From contig CAZKAZ010000002.1 of NCBI GenBank assembly GCA_964550765.1, positions 1 to 44,815 of the forward strand: a stretch of DNA of 44,815 nt, in the 5' to 3' direction. Position numbers and translations under genes: made by a program. The first letter of the stretch is position 1. Every line of letters begins with the position of its first letter. Shown piece by piece: positions 27,228 to 35,896 of this stretch. The notes under the pieces were generated by a model. The model saw only the letters and a list, made by a program, of their open reading frames with translations, did not search any database and was not told where the DNA came from. The stretch is from an uncultured bacterium. GTDB taxonomy: Bacteria > Deinococcota > Deinococci > Deinococcales > Trueperaceae.

Positions 27228-30200
27228 ACATGCCTCGAGCCATCACACGCCTGCTCTGCTTAGGCGTTCTTGCCATGCTGGGGTCGCTGGCGCTAGCACA
27301 AACTTACACGTTTGTCGATACCGGATATGAGGTAACAGAAACCGATGTAAACCAAACGCTCAATGTGCGGGTGCGCCGTACGGGCGGCGGTGCGACCACC
27401 ACCCAAGTGTATGTGCGGGCAGCGGGCGGCCAAGTTAATGGCAACATCCTTGCCCCCGGTGGTGGCTTTGATGCGACAGTCACCTTCACGAGCGATACTA
27501 TCATCACAGTGCCTTTTACCATCATTGGTGATAACGTCACTGAACTGGATGTAGACAACCTCGCTGAGCTTCAATTCAGGTTTGTGGCATTACCTGGAGA
27601 CCCATTTGTACCGGCCAACGAAATTCCCATCATCCTTCGTGATGATGATGTGGCGCGGTACAGTTTTGCAAGTGCAACCTACACCCAAGCAGAAGGTGAT
27701 ACTGGTACTGCTGTTATTACCGTCACCGTCAATCGGGTGGGAGCTATCGGTGATGAAACCGTTGATATTCGCGTAGGTGACGGAGCTGGCGCTGTGGGTT
27801 TTGCGCTTTCTGGTTCAGATTTTACAGGTGGCCCTATCATCACTCGAGGATTCACGGGTACACAGGTCAGTCGTGATACGGGTGCTGATATTCAGATTAT
27901 TGGTGATTTTGACCTCGAGCCAGACGAAGTTATCCCGTTATCGTTTAGTAACTTTAGTGTGCGTGGTGAGCCAGGGGCTGTTCCGACGGCGACGATTACC
28001 ATCGTCAATGACGATCAGCGTATCGGCTTTAGTGATGCTAACTACGGCGTGCCTGAAAGTGCTGGCAATACCAATGTGGTTGTTTTAGAACGCGAAGGTG
28101 ATTTGAGTGTTGCGCAGACAGTGGAAGTCACGGCGACGGATATCAGCACAGATCCTGTGCCTGCTGACTACACAAGTGCGACCTTCACAACTACCTTTGG
28201 GGTAGGTCAAGCCACGGCTTCGCTGCTGATAGGTATTGTCGATGACACGTTAGCCGAGGGCGACGAAAGTTTGGAATTAGAAATTACTGCTGTAGACGGT
28301 GATAACACATCACCCTATATTGACGGTGCGAACGACACGGCTGTTCTGGTTATCGAAGACGATGACAGACCCACGTACCGCTTTGCGAGTGCTACTTACA
28401 GCGACCGTGAAGGTGATGCGCCAGCTACGATGGATATCAACGTGCGGGTGGAGCGTTCTGGGGCAACAGGCGCTGGTACGGTCATTGTCAACACCGTGGG
28501 TGGTACAGCGCTAGGTGGTGGCATTGATTACACGCTTGTTTCACCTGGTGCGGGTGTGGTGGTGACGCCCACGTCGGCTGAGCTGACATTTGCAGGCACA
28601 GACACGTTCAGAGAGTTTATCGTGCGTATCACAGGTGATAATACGTTTGAACCAGATGAGACGATTGTCTTTGAGATTTCAGGTGGTACCGGGGTCACAG
28701 GGGCAGAGATTGGTACGCCAGACAGCACGACGGTGACCATCGAGAACGACGAAAGCCGTTACCGCTTTTCTGCCAATGCTTACAGTGTCAATGAAGGCAA
28801 TCTCACTAATTTCACAAACGTGGTGACGTTAGTGCGTGAAGGTGACACCAATGCTGCTGAGACGATTGACTTGACTGTGTTGGCTGCTAGCACCGCTACT
28901 GCTGCTGATTATGTTGCGCCTGGTTCGGTGTTTTTTGCTGCCGGTCAGACCGAAGCAAGTGTGCCCATTCAAATTCTTGGCGATCGTGCTAGTGAAGATG
29001 ACGAGACGGTAGTGCTCGAGATTGATCCTGCTAGTGCTGGGGGAATTGAAGTTACCAACCCCGACACGGCTGTGCTGACCATTCAAAACGACGATGTGGC
29101 AACCTATCAATTTACGGCGGCCACGTATGACGTGCTCGAGGGCGATGTTACCGACACACCTGTCGTGGTGCAACTTACCCGCACGGGTGCTATTGATGAT
29201 GTTGAAACCGTCAACGTCAACATCACCGGCGGCAGTGCCACACTGGGTGTTGCTGCTCCTGCAGATGTCACCGACCCCGCTGGGCCAATTCCTGTAAACT
29301 TTGCAGCTGGTGATACTACTGCCCAAGTACCCATCGAAATTTTAGGTGATACTACCTTTGAACCCAACGAAACCGTTAACTTGGCGATTGCCAGCTTTAG
29401 CTTGAACGGGCAAGCAGGCGCGCAAAACACGGCCACGCTCACCATCAACAACGACGATGATGTGGCCATCTATGAATTCCAAAACGCAACCTACAGCATC
29501 TTAGAAGGTAATGCGCCTGCCACGGATGTGGTGATTGGCCAGTTGATTCGCTCTGGTGATACGACTGCTGCAGAAACGGTCACAATTAACATCAGTAGTG
29601 GCACGGGTACAGCGGGTGTCGATGTTGAAGCTGGCCCCATCACTGTGGCTTTTGCTGCCAATGACATCACGGCAGACATTGAGATTGACATCACAGGTGA
29701 AACGGGGTTTGAGGCTGACGAAACCATTAACCTCGCCATTGCTAGTACGAGCGGGGGCGGGCAAATCGGCACGCAAGATGACGCCGTGTTGACACTCACC
29801 AATGACGACCGACGTTATAGCTTTACGAATACGACCTATACCGTGGCAGAAGGTGCTGGTCCGGTCAACACCGTACAGTTAGTACGCGAAGGACCACCGC
29901 CCCCTGTGGCGTCACCTGAAACTGTGACAGTCACTGTCGGTGCAGGTAGTACGGCTGCGAATCCCGCGAACTACACAGGGTCGCTTGCAGCAACGTTCAC
30001 AGCGACAGGGCCTGCTACCGTACCGATTGGGCTTAATTTGCCCGATAACGCCACTGCAGATGGCGACACAACGCTCGAGTTAGAAATCCCCGCGACATTC
30101 GACCAAGGCGTGCCTAGCCAAGCGGTTGTGACCATTGCCGACGATGACGCTTCGTACCAATTCACGGCTGCTACGTTCAGCCAACCCGAGGGCAACGATA

Positions 30201-33200
30201 CTGCCAATGCCACCGCCGTCACCATCGAGCGTACAGGGGGCATCAATACAGCAGCGACGATTGTAGTGACAGCAGCCAATAGTGCCACTGCCCCTTCAGC
30301 CACCGCAGGAACTGACTTTACGGCAGGTGCGGTGAATGTCAACTTTGCTGCAGGTGAAGCGGTTGCTACGGTGCCCGTAGAGATTCTTGGTGACACCGCC
30401 ATCGAACCCGATGAAAACATTGACCTCACAATTGACGCTGCTACTCTGCCAGCAGGTAGCACGCCGGGCACGCAGAATACAACGCGTTTGACACTGCTCA
30501 ATGACGATGGTGTCGCCTCGTTTAGTTTCACCTCAGCAACCTACGAGGTAACCGAAACCAACACCAACAACCTTGCGACTAACTTGGTGACGATTACCCG
30601 CACAGACCCCGTGCCAGCAGCGGATGTGACGGTGAATTATGTTGCACCCACCACGCCACCTAGTCCTAGTGCCAGTACGGCGGTTGAAGGTGATGACTTC
30701 TTTGTGCAAGATGCGCTCGTGCCCAACCCTGTGACGTGTACCCCTGTGGGTGCAACAGCCAATCGGGTGTTCCCTTGTACGGTGCGTTTTGCAGCTGGTG
30801 AAGCCACGGCGGTGTTGCCTATTACCATCGTGGGTGATACCACCGCAGAAGTGTCTGAGCGTATTGTTTTGACCTTCAACAATGGCAATATTGCCCCAGT
30901 AGCACCTGCGGTTGTCTCGCCTGGCGTAGCGACAACCCCCAATACAACTACTCTTACCATCGCTGATAACGATAGTCCTGCAGGTGCTGACTTAGAAGTC
31001 TTAAACGGCATTTCACCTACTAGCCCGCTGATTTTGAACGGCAGCAATAACCCCATCAACTTCCCGGTCACTTCGCTAGGCGTACCCGTCACACGTGAAT
31101 TTACCTTGCGCAATGCAGGTGATAGCAATTTGAATATCTTTAGCATCAACTTGCCAGCAGGGTTTAGTTTGGTGGGGGGTTTCCCCAGTGTGCTCGAGGG
31201 CAATAGTAGCGAAACCATCACCATTCGTTATGACGCTGCCACAACAGGCACGAGCGGTGGCAACGTAGAAATTGCCAGCAGTGACTTTTTGGATAGTCCT
31301 TATGTGTTCCCGATTCGCGGGTCGCTCGAGACATCCGAAATTGACGTCGTTTTTGATGGTCAATCGCTCGTAGACGGTAACGCCACAGTGGACTTTGGCA
31401 GCACCACCATCGGCACGCCAGTCACCGTGACGCTCACCATCAATAACCCTAGTGGTGTCGCTTTGCTACTCGGTAATCTACAACTCCCTGAGGGTTACAG
31501 CCTCGTGGGTGAATTCCCTGATAGCGTGCCTGCCAACAGCAGCACCGATGTCACCTTGCAACTTGATGCTGCTGCCGCTGGTACGTTCACAGGTACGGTG
31601 TCGTTTGATAGCAACGACGAAGACGAAAGTACCTTTAGCTTTACGGCTACGGGCACAGTCACTGAACAACCTGAACCTGAAGTGCGCGTTAGTGGGCCTT
31701 TAGGGACTATTGAAAGCGGTGGTAGTTACGACTTTGGTGTCAGTGCGTTGGGTGAAAGCCCCGCAGCCACATTCACGGTCACCAACGGCGGCACGGCGGA
31801 CTTAACCTTAGACCGGGCGTCGCTGACCAGTTCGCTAGCAGGTACGGCGTTTAGCGTCAGTAGTAACTTTGCTGAAACCACCCTCGAGCCAAGTGCGTCC
31901 ACTACCTTTGAAATTAGCTTGGACGCCAGTAGCGCCGGCACGTTCAGTACGACCCTTAGTTTTACTAACAACGACAGCGACGAAAACCCCTTCGGAATCG
32001 CCTTATCAGGTGAAGTGTCCGCCCCAGAAATCGAAGTGCGCCAGGATGCACGCGTGCTGCAAGACGGCAGTAGCGTCCCAGTTGACTTTGGCGCGACCAC
32101 CTTAAATGCCCCGGTGACAGTGACGTTTACTGTCAACAACCTAGGCAGTGTGCCGCTCAGTTTGGGTGGTTTGGACGTGCCAGTGGGCTTTGCCTTAGAC
32201 GGTGACTTCCCCACGTCTGTTGACGGCAACGGCAGCGCCACGTTTAGTTTGGTGTTAGAAGCCACCTCGCTGGGTTCGTTTGACGGGCAAGTGTCCTTTG
32301 AAAACAACGACAGCGACGAAAACCCCTTCACGTTTAGGGTACAAGGTGTGGTGGACGCAGCAGAATTGACTGTGCTTGATGGCTTGCTGACTGTCCCCAA
32401 CGGCTCGACGGTTGATTTTGGCAGTACCGTCCAAGGCAACGCCGTCAACAAGATTTTCACCATCCGCAACGACGGCGGCGCGACCTTGCAAGTCGATAAC
32501 TTGGATACCCTGCCAGCAGGCTTCGCGTTGCTCTCACCGGAACCGTTTACCTTTGAATTAGCCCCCAACCAACAAGCCACCTTCACGCTGTCGCTCACGG
32601 CAGAAACCGTCGGTGACTTCAGTGGGGCGTTGCAATTTATCTCTAACGACACCACGGCTAGCCCCTTCAGCATCACCTTAGAAGGGCGCGTCACGGCAGA
32701 ACCTGCCCCAGAAATCAGCGTTTCTAGCGAATCTGGCGCGGTTGCTAGCGGTAGTGGTTTCAGCTTCGATGACGTGCCCGTCGGCGAAGACGCCACGGAA
32801 ACCTTCACTATCCGTAACACTGGTACTGCGCCCCTCTCGCTGGGTTCGGTGACGGTGTCAGGTGATAGTTTCGTGCTCGCAGGCGATATTGGTACGACCA
32901 GCCTCGAGGCAGGCGCGTCCACAACCTTTGATATTCGTTTTGAAGCCGATGAAGAAGGCGAAGCGCTTGGGTCTGTTTCCATCGATAACGGTGACGAAAA
33001 CGAAAACCCTTACGTCTTCGACTTAGACGGTACGGCGTTTGTGCCTAGCCCCGAAGTGGCGGTGCGCGCTAGCGACAACAGCGTCATTGCCGACGGCAGC
33101 AGCCTTGATATTGGCACGGTGGTAACGGGTGCGGATGCTTCAGTGACGTTTACGGTGACGAACGAAGGCCAAGCCACCTTGACCCTCGGCGACTTGGCGA

Positions 33201-35128
33201 TTTCGGGTGACGGGTTTGCCATCAGTAATGGGTTTGGTAGCACCACGCTCGAGCCAGACGCTAGCACCACCTTTGCCGTGCGCTTTAGTGCCGGTGAAGA
33301 TGAAGGCGAAGCGTCGGGTGAAGTGACGTTTACCAACAACGACAGTGACGAAAACCCCTATAACATCACGCTAACTGCTGATGTGGAAGTGCCTCAGCCT
33401 GAAATTGCTGTGGTGCGCGGGGGGGCACTCATTGCCGATGGTGGTACGTTTGACTTTGGTGATGTGGCTGTGGGTCAAGCACGTAATATTGACTTTACGG
33501 TGCAAAACAATGGCACGGCGACCCTCAACCTCGAGCCACTAGAAATCACCGGCGAAGGTTTCTCCCTCGAGACTCCCTTTGCTAGTACAACGCTCGAGCC
33601 AGAAGCCTCCACAACGTTCACCCTTCGTTTCAACAGTGCTGACTTAGCCCCTGGCGAGTACAGCGGCAACATCAGCTTTGCCAACAACGACAGCGACGAA
33701 AACCCCTACAACGTTGCGTTAGCTGCCAACGTGTTCGTGCCTACGCCAGAAATTGCCGTCACAGACCCCAACGGTCAAGCCCTCGAAGATGGTGGCAGTG
33801 TGTCATTACAAGGCGTTGGTGTGGGTCAACCCTCTTCGGCAACGTTTACCGTCTTCAACGAAGGTGACGCTAACTTGACGCTCAATGCGGCATCTTTGGC
33901 AAGCTCCTTGGCAGGCACGCCCTTCAGTGTGCGTGATTCGTTCGCACAAAGTACCCTCGCTCCCGGAGAAGACACCCAATTTACCCTCGGTGTCAATACC
34001 AGCAGTGCAGGGACGTTCTCAGCCGATGTGGCGTTTAATAACAACGACCGCGACGAAAACCCCTTCAACATCAGTTTGTCTATCACCATCAGTGCTGGCC
34101 CTGAAGTTGACGTCCGTGATGGCAATATCTCCATCCCCGATGGCAGCGTCACGGCAGTGAACATTGGTGAAACGACGGTTGGTACGCCTATTACCCGCAC
34201 CTTCTCTGTAATTAACGCAGGCGGTGCAACCCTCACATTGGGTAACTTCCAAATCGACAACAGCGCGTTTACGCTCGTTGGTACGCCGCCAGCTAGCTTG
34301 GCTCCTGGTCAAAGCGGCAGTTTGGTGATTCAACTCAACGCCGTCAGTGCAGGTACACCCGTTGCGCAAGTGTCTTTCACCAACAGCGACAGCGACGAAA
34401 GCCCCTATACCTTCACAGTGCGCGGCACAGTCACGACCTCTGGTAACGGCGAACGAGTGGTCATCCGCGCTGGCAATAACCCACCGCCTACGACCATTAC
34501 CGCTAACCCCGGTGATAGCAACGTGGCTGTGTTGCAAGCGTTACTTAGCCTCGAGGGCGACATTGCCGCCCGCATGACCCGCTTTGATGTGACCGTGTTT
34601 GAACTCTTGGGTGGTGTTCGCACGCCCGTGACTAGCGCTCAAAACTTTGCTGGCTTTGCTTCAGCCAAGCTCTACCAAGACAGTAACAACAACGGTCAAG
34701 TAGACGTCAGCGATGCCTTACTTGCTACCACAACAACCTTTGACGGTAACAACTTGGTGTTTAACCTCAACACGCCACTGCCGCTCAGCAACACGAGCGT
34801 TACCAACGTGCTGGTCACTTATGACTTCTTAGCAGATTTCGGTACAAACCGCTTGCCCGTAGTGGCACTCGCTAGCCTCCTGCCCTTGGTGCTGCTTGCC
34901 CTCAAGCGTTGGCGCCGGGTGAGCTTGCTGATGTTACTTGTCATCTTCATGGCCGCTTGTGGTGGTGATGATGGTGGTGGTGATGGTGGCGTTACGCCTC
35001 CGCCGCCTGCGGGTGTGCAGTATCAAGCCTTCTTGGTGGATGCCGCAGCCGAGTCCAATGGGCAGACGCTCCCTGTTGACTTTACTGCAGGTGATATTCC
35101 CGGTAGTATCGTCGGCTTGCAAGACTAA
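27224..35128 (+). CDS. 2634-aa giant secreted adhesin-like protein: Sec signal, about 10 Calx-beta domains, about 10 ASH / choice-of-anchor-D-like repeats ending NNDSDENP[FY], C-terminal TM + KRWRR anchor-like segment with in-frame lipobox-like extension
   Basis: The signal peptide is MNMPRAITRLLCLGVLAMLGSLALA-Q. Calx-beta motifs recur (RYSFASATYTQAEGD…, TYRFASATYSDREGD…, RYRFSANAYSVNEGN…, and others). Roughly 110-aa repeats with DFG-x-V-x-VG…N-G…L and a terminal [VLI]SF-x-NNDSDENPF/Y occur 10 times. The C-terminus reads NRLPVVALASLLPLVLLALKRWRRVSLLMLLVIFMAACGGDDGGGDGG…. Confidence 0.85.
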   Translation: MNMPRAITRLLCLGVLAMLGSLALAQTYTFVDTGYEVTETDVNQTLNVRVRRTGGGATTTQVYVRAAGGQVNGNILAPGGGFDATVTFTSDTIITVPFTIIGDNVTELDVDNLAELQFRFVALPGDPFVPANEIPIILRDDDVARYSFASATYTQAEGDTGTAVITVTVNRVGAIGDETVDIRVGDGAGAVGFALSGSDFTGGPIITRGFTGTQVSRDTGADIQIIGDFDLEPDEVIPLSFSNFSVRGEPGAVPTATITIVNDDQRIGFSDANYGVPESAGNTNVVVLEREGDLSVAQTVEVTATDISTDPVPADYTSATFTTTFGVGQATASLLIGIVDDTLAEGDESLELEITAVDGDNTSPYIDGANDTAVLVIEDDDRPTYRFASATYSDREGDAPATMDINVRVERSGATGAGTVIVNTVGGTALGGGIDYTLVSPGAGVVVTPTSAELTFAGTDTFREFIVRITGDNTFEPDETIVFEISGGTGVTGAEIGTPDSTTVTIENDESRYRFSANAYSVNEGNLTNFTNVVTLVREGDTNAAETIDLTVLAASTATAADYVAPGSVFFAAGQTEASVPIQILGDRASEDDETVVLEIDPASAGGIEVTNPDTAVLTIQNDDVATYQFTAATYDVLEGDVTDTPVVVQLTRTGAIDDVETVNVNITGGSATLGVAAPADVTDPAGPIPVNFAAGDTTAQVPIEILGDTTFEPNETVNLAIASFSLNGQAGAQNTATLTINNDDDVAIYEFQNATYSILEGNAPATDVVIGQLIRSGDTTAAETVTINISSGTGTAGVDVEAGPITVAFAANDITADIEIDITGETGFEADETINLAIASTSGGGQIGTQDDAVLTLTNDDRRYSFTNTTYTVAEGAGPVNTVQLVREGPPPPVASPETVTVTVGAGSTAANPANYTGSLAATFTATGPATVPIGLNLPDNATADGDTTLELEIPATFDQGVPSQAVVTIADDDASYQFTAATFSQPEGNDTANATAVTIERTGGINTAATIVVTAANSATAPSATAGTDFTAGAVNVNFAAGEAVATVPVEILGDTAIEPDENIDLTIDAATLPAGSTPGTQNTTRLTLLNDDGVASFSFTSATYEVTETNTNNLATNLVTITRTDPVPAADVTVNYVAPTTPPSPSASTAVEGDDFFVQDALVPNPVTCTPVGATANRVFPCTVRFAAGEATAVLPITIVGDTTAEVSERIVLTFNNGNIAPVAPAVVSPGVATTPNTTTLTIADNDSPAGADLEVLNGISPTSPLILNGSNNPINFPVTSLGVPVTREFTLRNAGDSNLNIFSINLPAGFSLVGGFPSVLEGNSSETITIRYDAATTGTSGGNVEIASSDFLDSPYVFPIRGSLETSEIDVVFDGQSLVDGNATVDFGSTTIGTPVTVTLTINNPSGVALLLGNLQLPEGYSLVGEFPDSVPANSSTDVTLQLDAAAAGTFTGTVSFDSNDEDESTFSFTATGTVTEQPEPEVRVSGPLGTIESGGSYDFGVSALGESPAATFTVTNGGTADLTLDRASLTSSLAGTAFSVSSNFAETTLEPSASTTFEISLDASSAGTFSTTLSFTNNDSDENPFGIALSGEVSAPEIEVRQDARVLQDGSSVPVDFGATTLNAPVTVTFTVNNLGSVPLSLGGLDVPVGFALDGDFPTSVDGNGSATFSLVLEATSLGSFDGQVSFENNDSDENPFTFRVQGVVDAAELTVLDGLLTVPNGSTVDFGSTVQGNAVNKIFTIRNDGGATLQVDNLDTLPAGFALLSPEPFTFELAPNQQATFTLSLTAETVGDFSGALQFISNDTTASPFSITLEGRVTAEPAPEISVSSESGAVASGSGFSFDDVPVGEDATETFTIRNTGTAPLSLGSVTVSGDSFVLAGDIGTTSLEAGASTTFDIRFEADEEGEALGSVSIDNGDENENPYVFDLDGTAFVPSPEVAVRASDNSVIADGSSLDIGTVVTGADASVTFTVTNEGQATLTLGDLAISGDGFAISNGFGSTTLEPDASTTFAVRFSAGEDEGEASGEVTFTNNDSDENPYNITLTADVEVPQPEIAVVRGGALIADGGTFDFGDVAVGQARNIDFTVQNNGTATLNLEPLEITGEGFSLETPFASTTLEPEASTTFTLRFNSADLAPGEYSGNISFANNDSDENPYNVALAANVFVPTPEIAVTDPNGQALEDGGSVSLQGVGVGQPSSATFTVFNEGDANLTLNAASLASSLAGTPFSVRDSFAQSTLAPGEDTQFTLGVNTSSAGTFSADVAFNNNDRDENPFNISLSITISAGPEVDVRDGNISIPDGSVTAVNIGETTVGTPITRTFSVINAGGATLTLGNFQIDNSAFTLVGTPPASLAPGQSGSLVIQLNAVSAGTPVAQVSFTNSDSDESPYTFTVRGTVTTSGNGERVVIRAGNNPPPTTITANPGDSNVAVLQALLSLEGDIAARMTRFDVTVFELLGGVRTPVTSAQNFAGFASAKLYQDSNNNGQVDVSDALLATTTTFDGNNLVFNLNTPLPLSNTSVTNVLVTYDFLADFGTNRLPVVALASLLPLVLLALKRWRRVSLLMLLVIFMAACGGDDGGGDGGVTPPPPAGVQYQAFLVDAAAESNGQTLPVDFTAGDIPGSIVGLQD
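27299..30980 (+). repeat. Calx-beta domain array (about 10 copies) in gene C
   Basis: A recurrent Y-x-F-x-x-x-x-Y-x-V-x-E-G / …DDDxA pattern repeats every 110-125 aa. Confidence 0.6.
30985..34440 (+). repeat. ASH / choice-of-anchor-D-like repeat array (10 copies) in gene C; contains six copies of a conserved 25-nt DNA stretch AACAACGACAGCGACGAAAACCCCT
   Basis: Each unit ends [VLI]SF-x-NNDSDENP[FY]. The conserved DNA stretch is seen near 31967, 32296, 33340, 33686, 34034 and 34381 (degenerate at 34381). Confidence 0.6.
34855..34920 (+). other. C-terminal anchor-like segment of gene C: hydrophobic helix LPVVALASLLPLVLLAL + basic cluster KRWRR
   Basis: It has the tripartite sorting-signal architecture (short motif, TM, Arg/Lys cluster). 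It is not PEP-CTERM, LPXTG or GlyGly-CTERM by sequence. Confidence 0.4.
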
Positions 35129-35153
35129 GTTTTCAACCCTACGTTTCTCGCAA

Positions 35154-35180
35154 AGGCTCTCAGCAATGAGGGCCTTTTTG
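35154..35180 (+). terminator. Rho-independent terminator of the giant-protein operon (AGGCTCTCA-gcaa-TGAGGGCCT + T5)
   Basis: A 9-bp stem (one G:U pair) with a GNRA-like loop and a T-tract, 26 nt after the gene C stop. Confidence 0.6.
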
Positions 35181-35224
35181 CTATGCTGAACTGAGCTGAA
35201 CAAAATCGTGAGTGAGGTGACGGT

Positions 35225-35791
35225 GTGCTGAGTAGTTGGCAAGCGTTGGCTGTGGTTGAGCAGATACTGTGGTTACTGGCGATAGCCTCGAGCGCTTTCT
35301 TCGTGGGCATGGTGCTAGCTATTTTTGATGGTTTCGTAGATATTGAGCTAGGTGAGGTGAGTGACGTGCTCGAGTACCTCAGCTTGCGTGACGTAGCGGC
35401 GTTTACCCTAGGGTTTTCGTGGACGGGGGTGCTTTTTTATGACCCACTGGGGATTTTTGCTCTCGCCTTGGCGGCTTTTGTGGGGTTTGGTTTTGCCAAT
35501 CTCAACCGTCTGCTCACAAAGCGCTTACAAGACTTAGAAACCAGTGGCAACTTACCGCTCACGAACGCCATTGGGCAAGATGCTACGGTGAGCGTGCAAA
35601 TTGACGCCAATAGGCAAAATCCGGGCAAAATTGTGGTGGCGATTAATGGCCGCGAAGTAGAGCGTTTCGCCGTAACCGATGACGCACAAGGGTTGGCTCG
35701 AGGTGAGTTAGTGCAAGTCTGCGACGTTACTGATGGCATGTTGCTCGTCTCCAAAGAAGACAAACTTGGCTTGCGGGCGTTGCGTCCGTAA
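35225..35791 (+). CDS. NfeD-family membrane protein (C-terminal OB-fold) partner of flotillin
   Basis: There are N-terminal TM helices and a C-terminal beta-rich OB-like segment (ATVSVQIDANRQNPGKIVVAINGREVERFAVTDDAQGLARGELVQVCDVTDGMLLV). It starts at GTG and is followed by flotillin. Confidence 0.7.
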   Translation: MLSSWQALAVVEQILWLLAIASSAFFVGMVLAIFDGFVDIELGEVSDVLEYLSLRDVAAFTLGFSWTGVLFYDPLGIFALALAAFVGFGFANLNRLLTKRLQDLETSGNLPLTNAIGQDATVSVQIDANRQNPGKIVVAINGREVERFAVTDDAQGLARGELVQVCDVTDGMLLVSKEDKLGLRALRP

Positions 35792-35896
35792 TGTGAACCT
35801 ATCGCATCAACGATCAAGCGAATATCGGGTAAGCACGTTGCTATTTACCGTCATACGTTAGGGCAAAAGGCGCACTGCGCCAGAAAAGGAGTGAGC

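Noticed and set aside
31726-32982. 418-aa antisense ORF (and many others: 34019-34537, 22059-22862, 24624-25130, 29971-30531) inside the giant genes
   Set aside because: These are open frames on the opposite strand of highly repetitive, compositionally biased coding DNA, giving Ser/Pro/Lys/Val-rich low-complexity products. The sense-strand domains are unambiguous.
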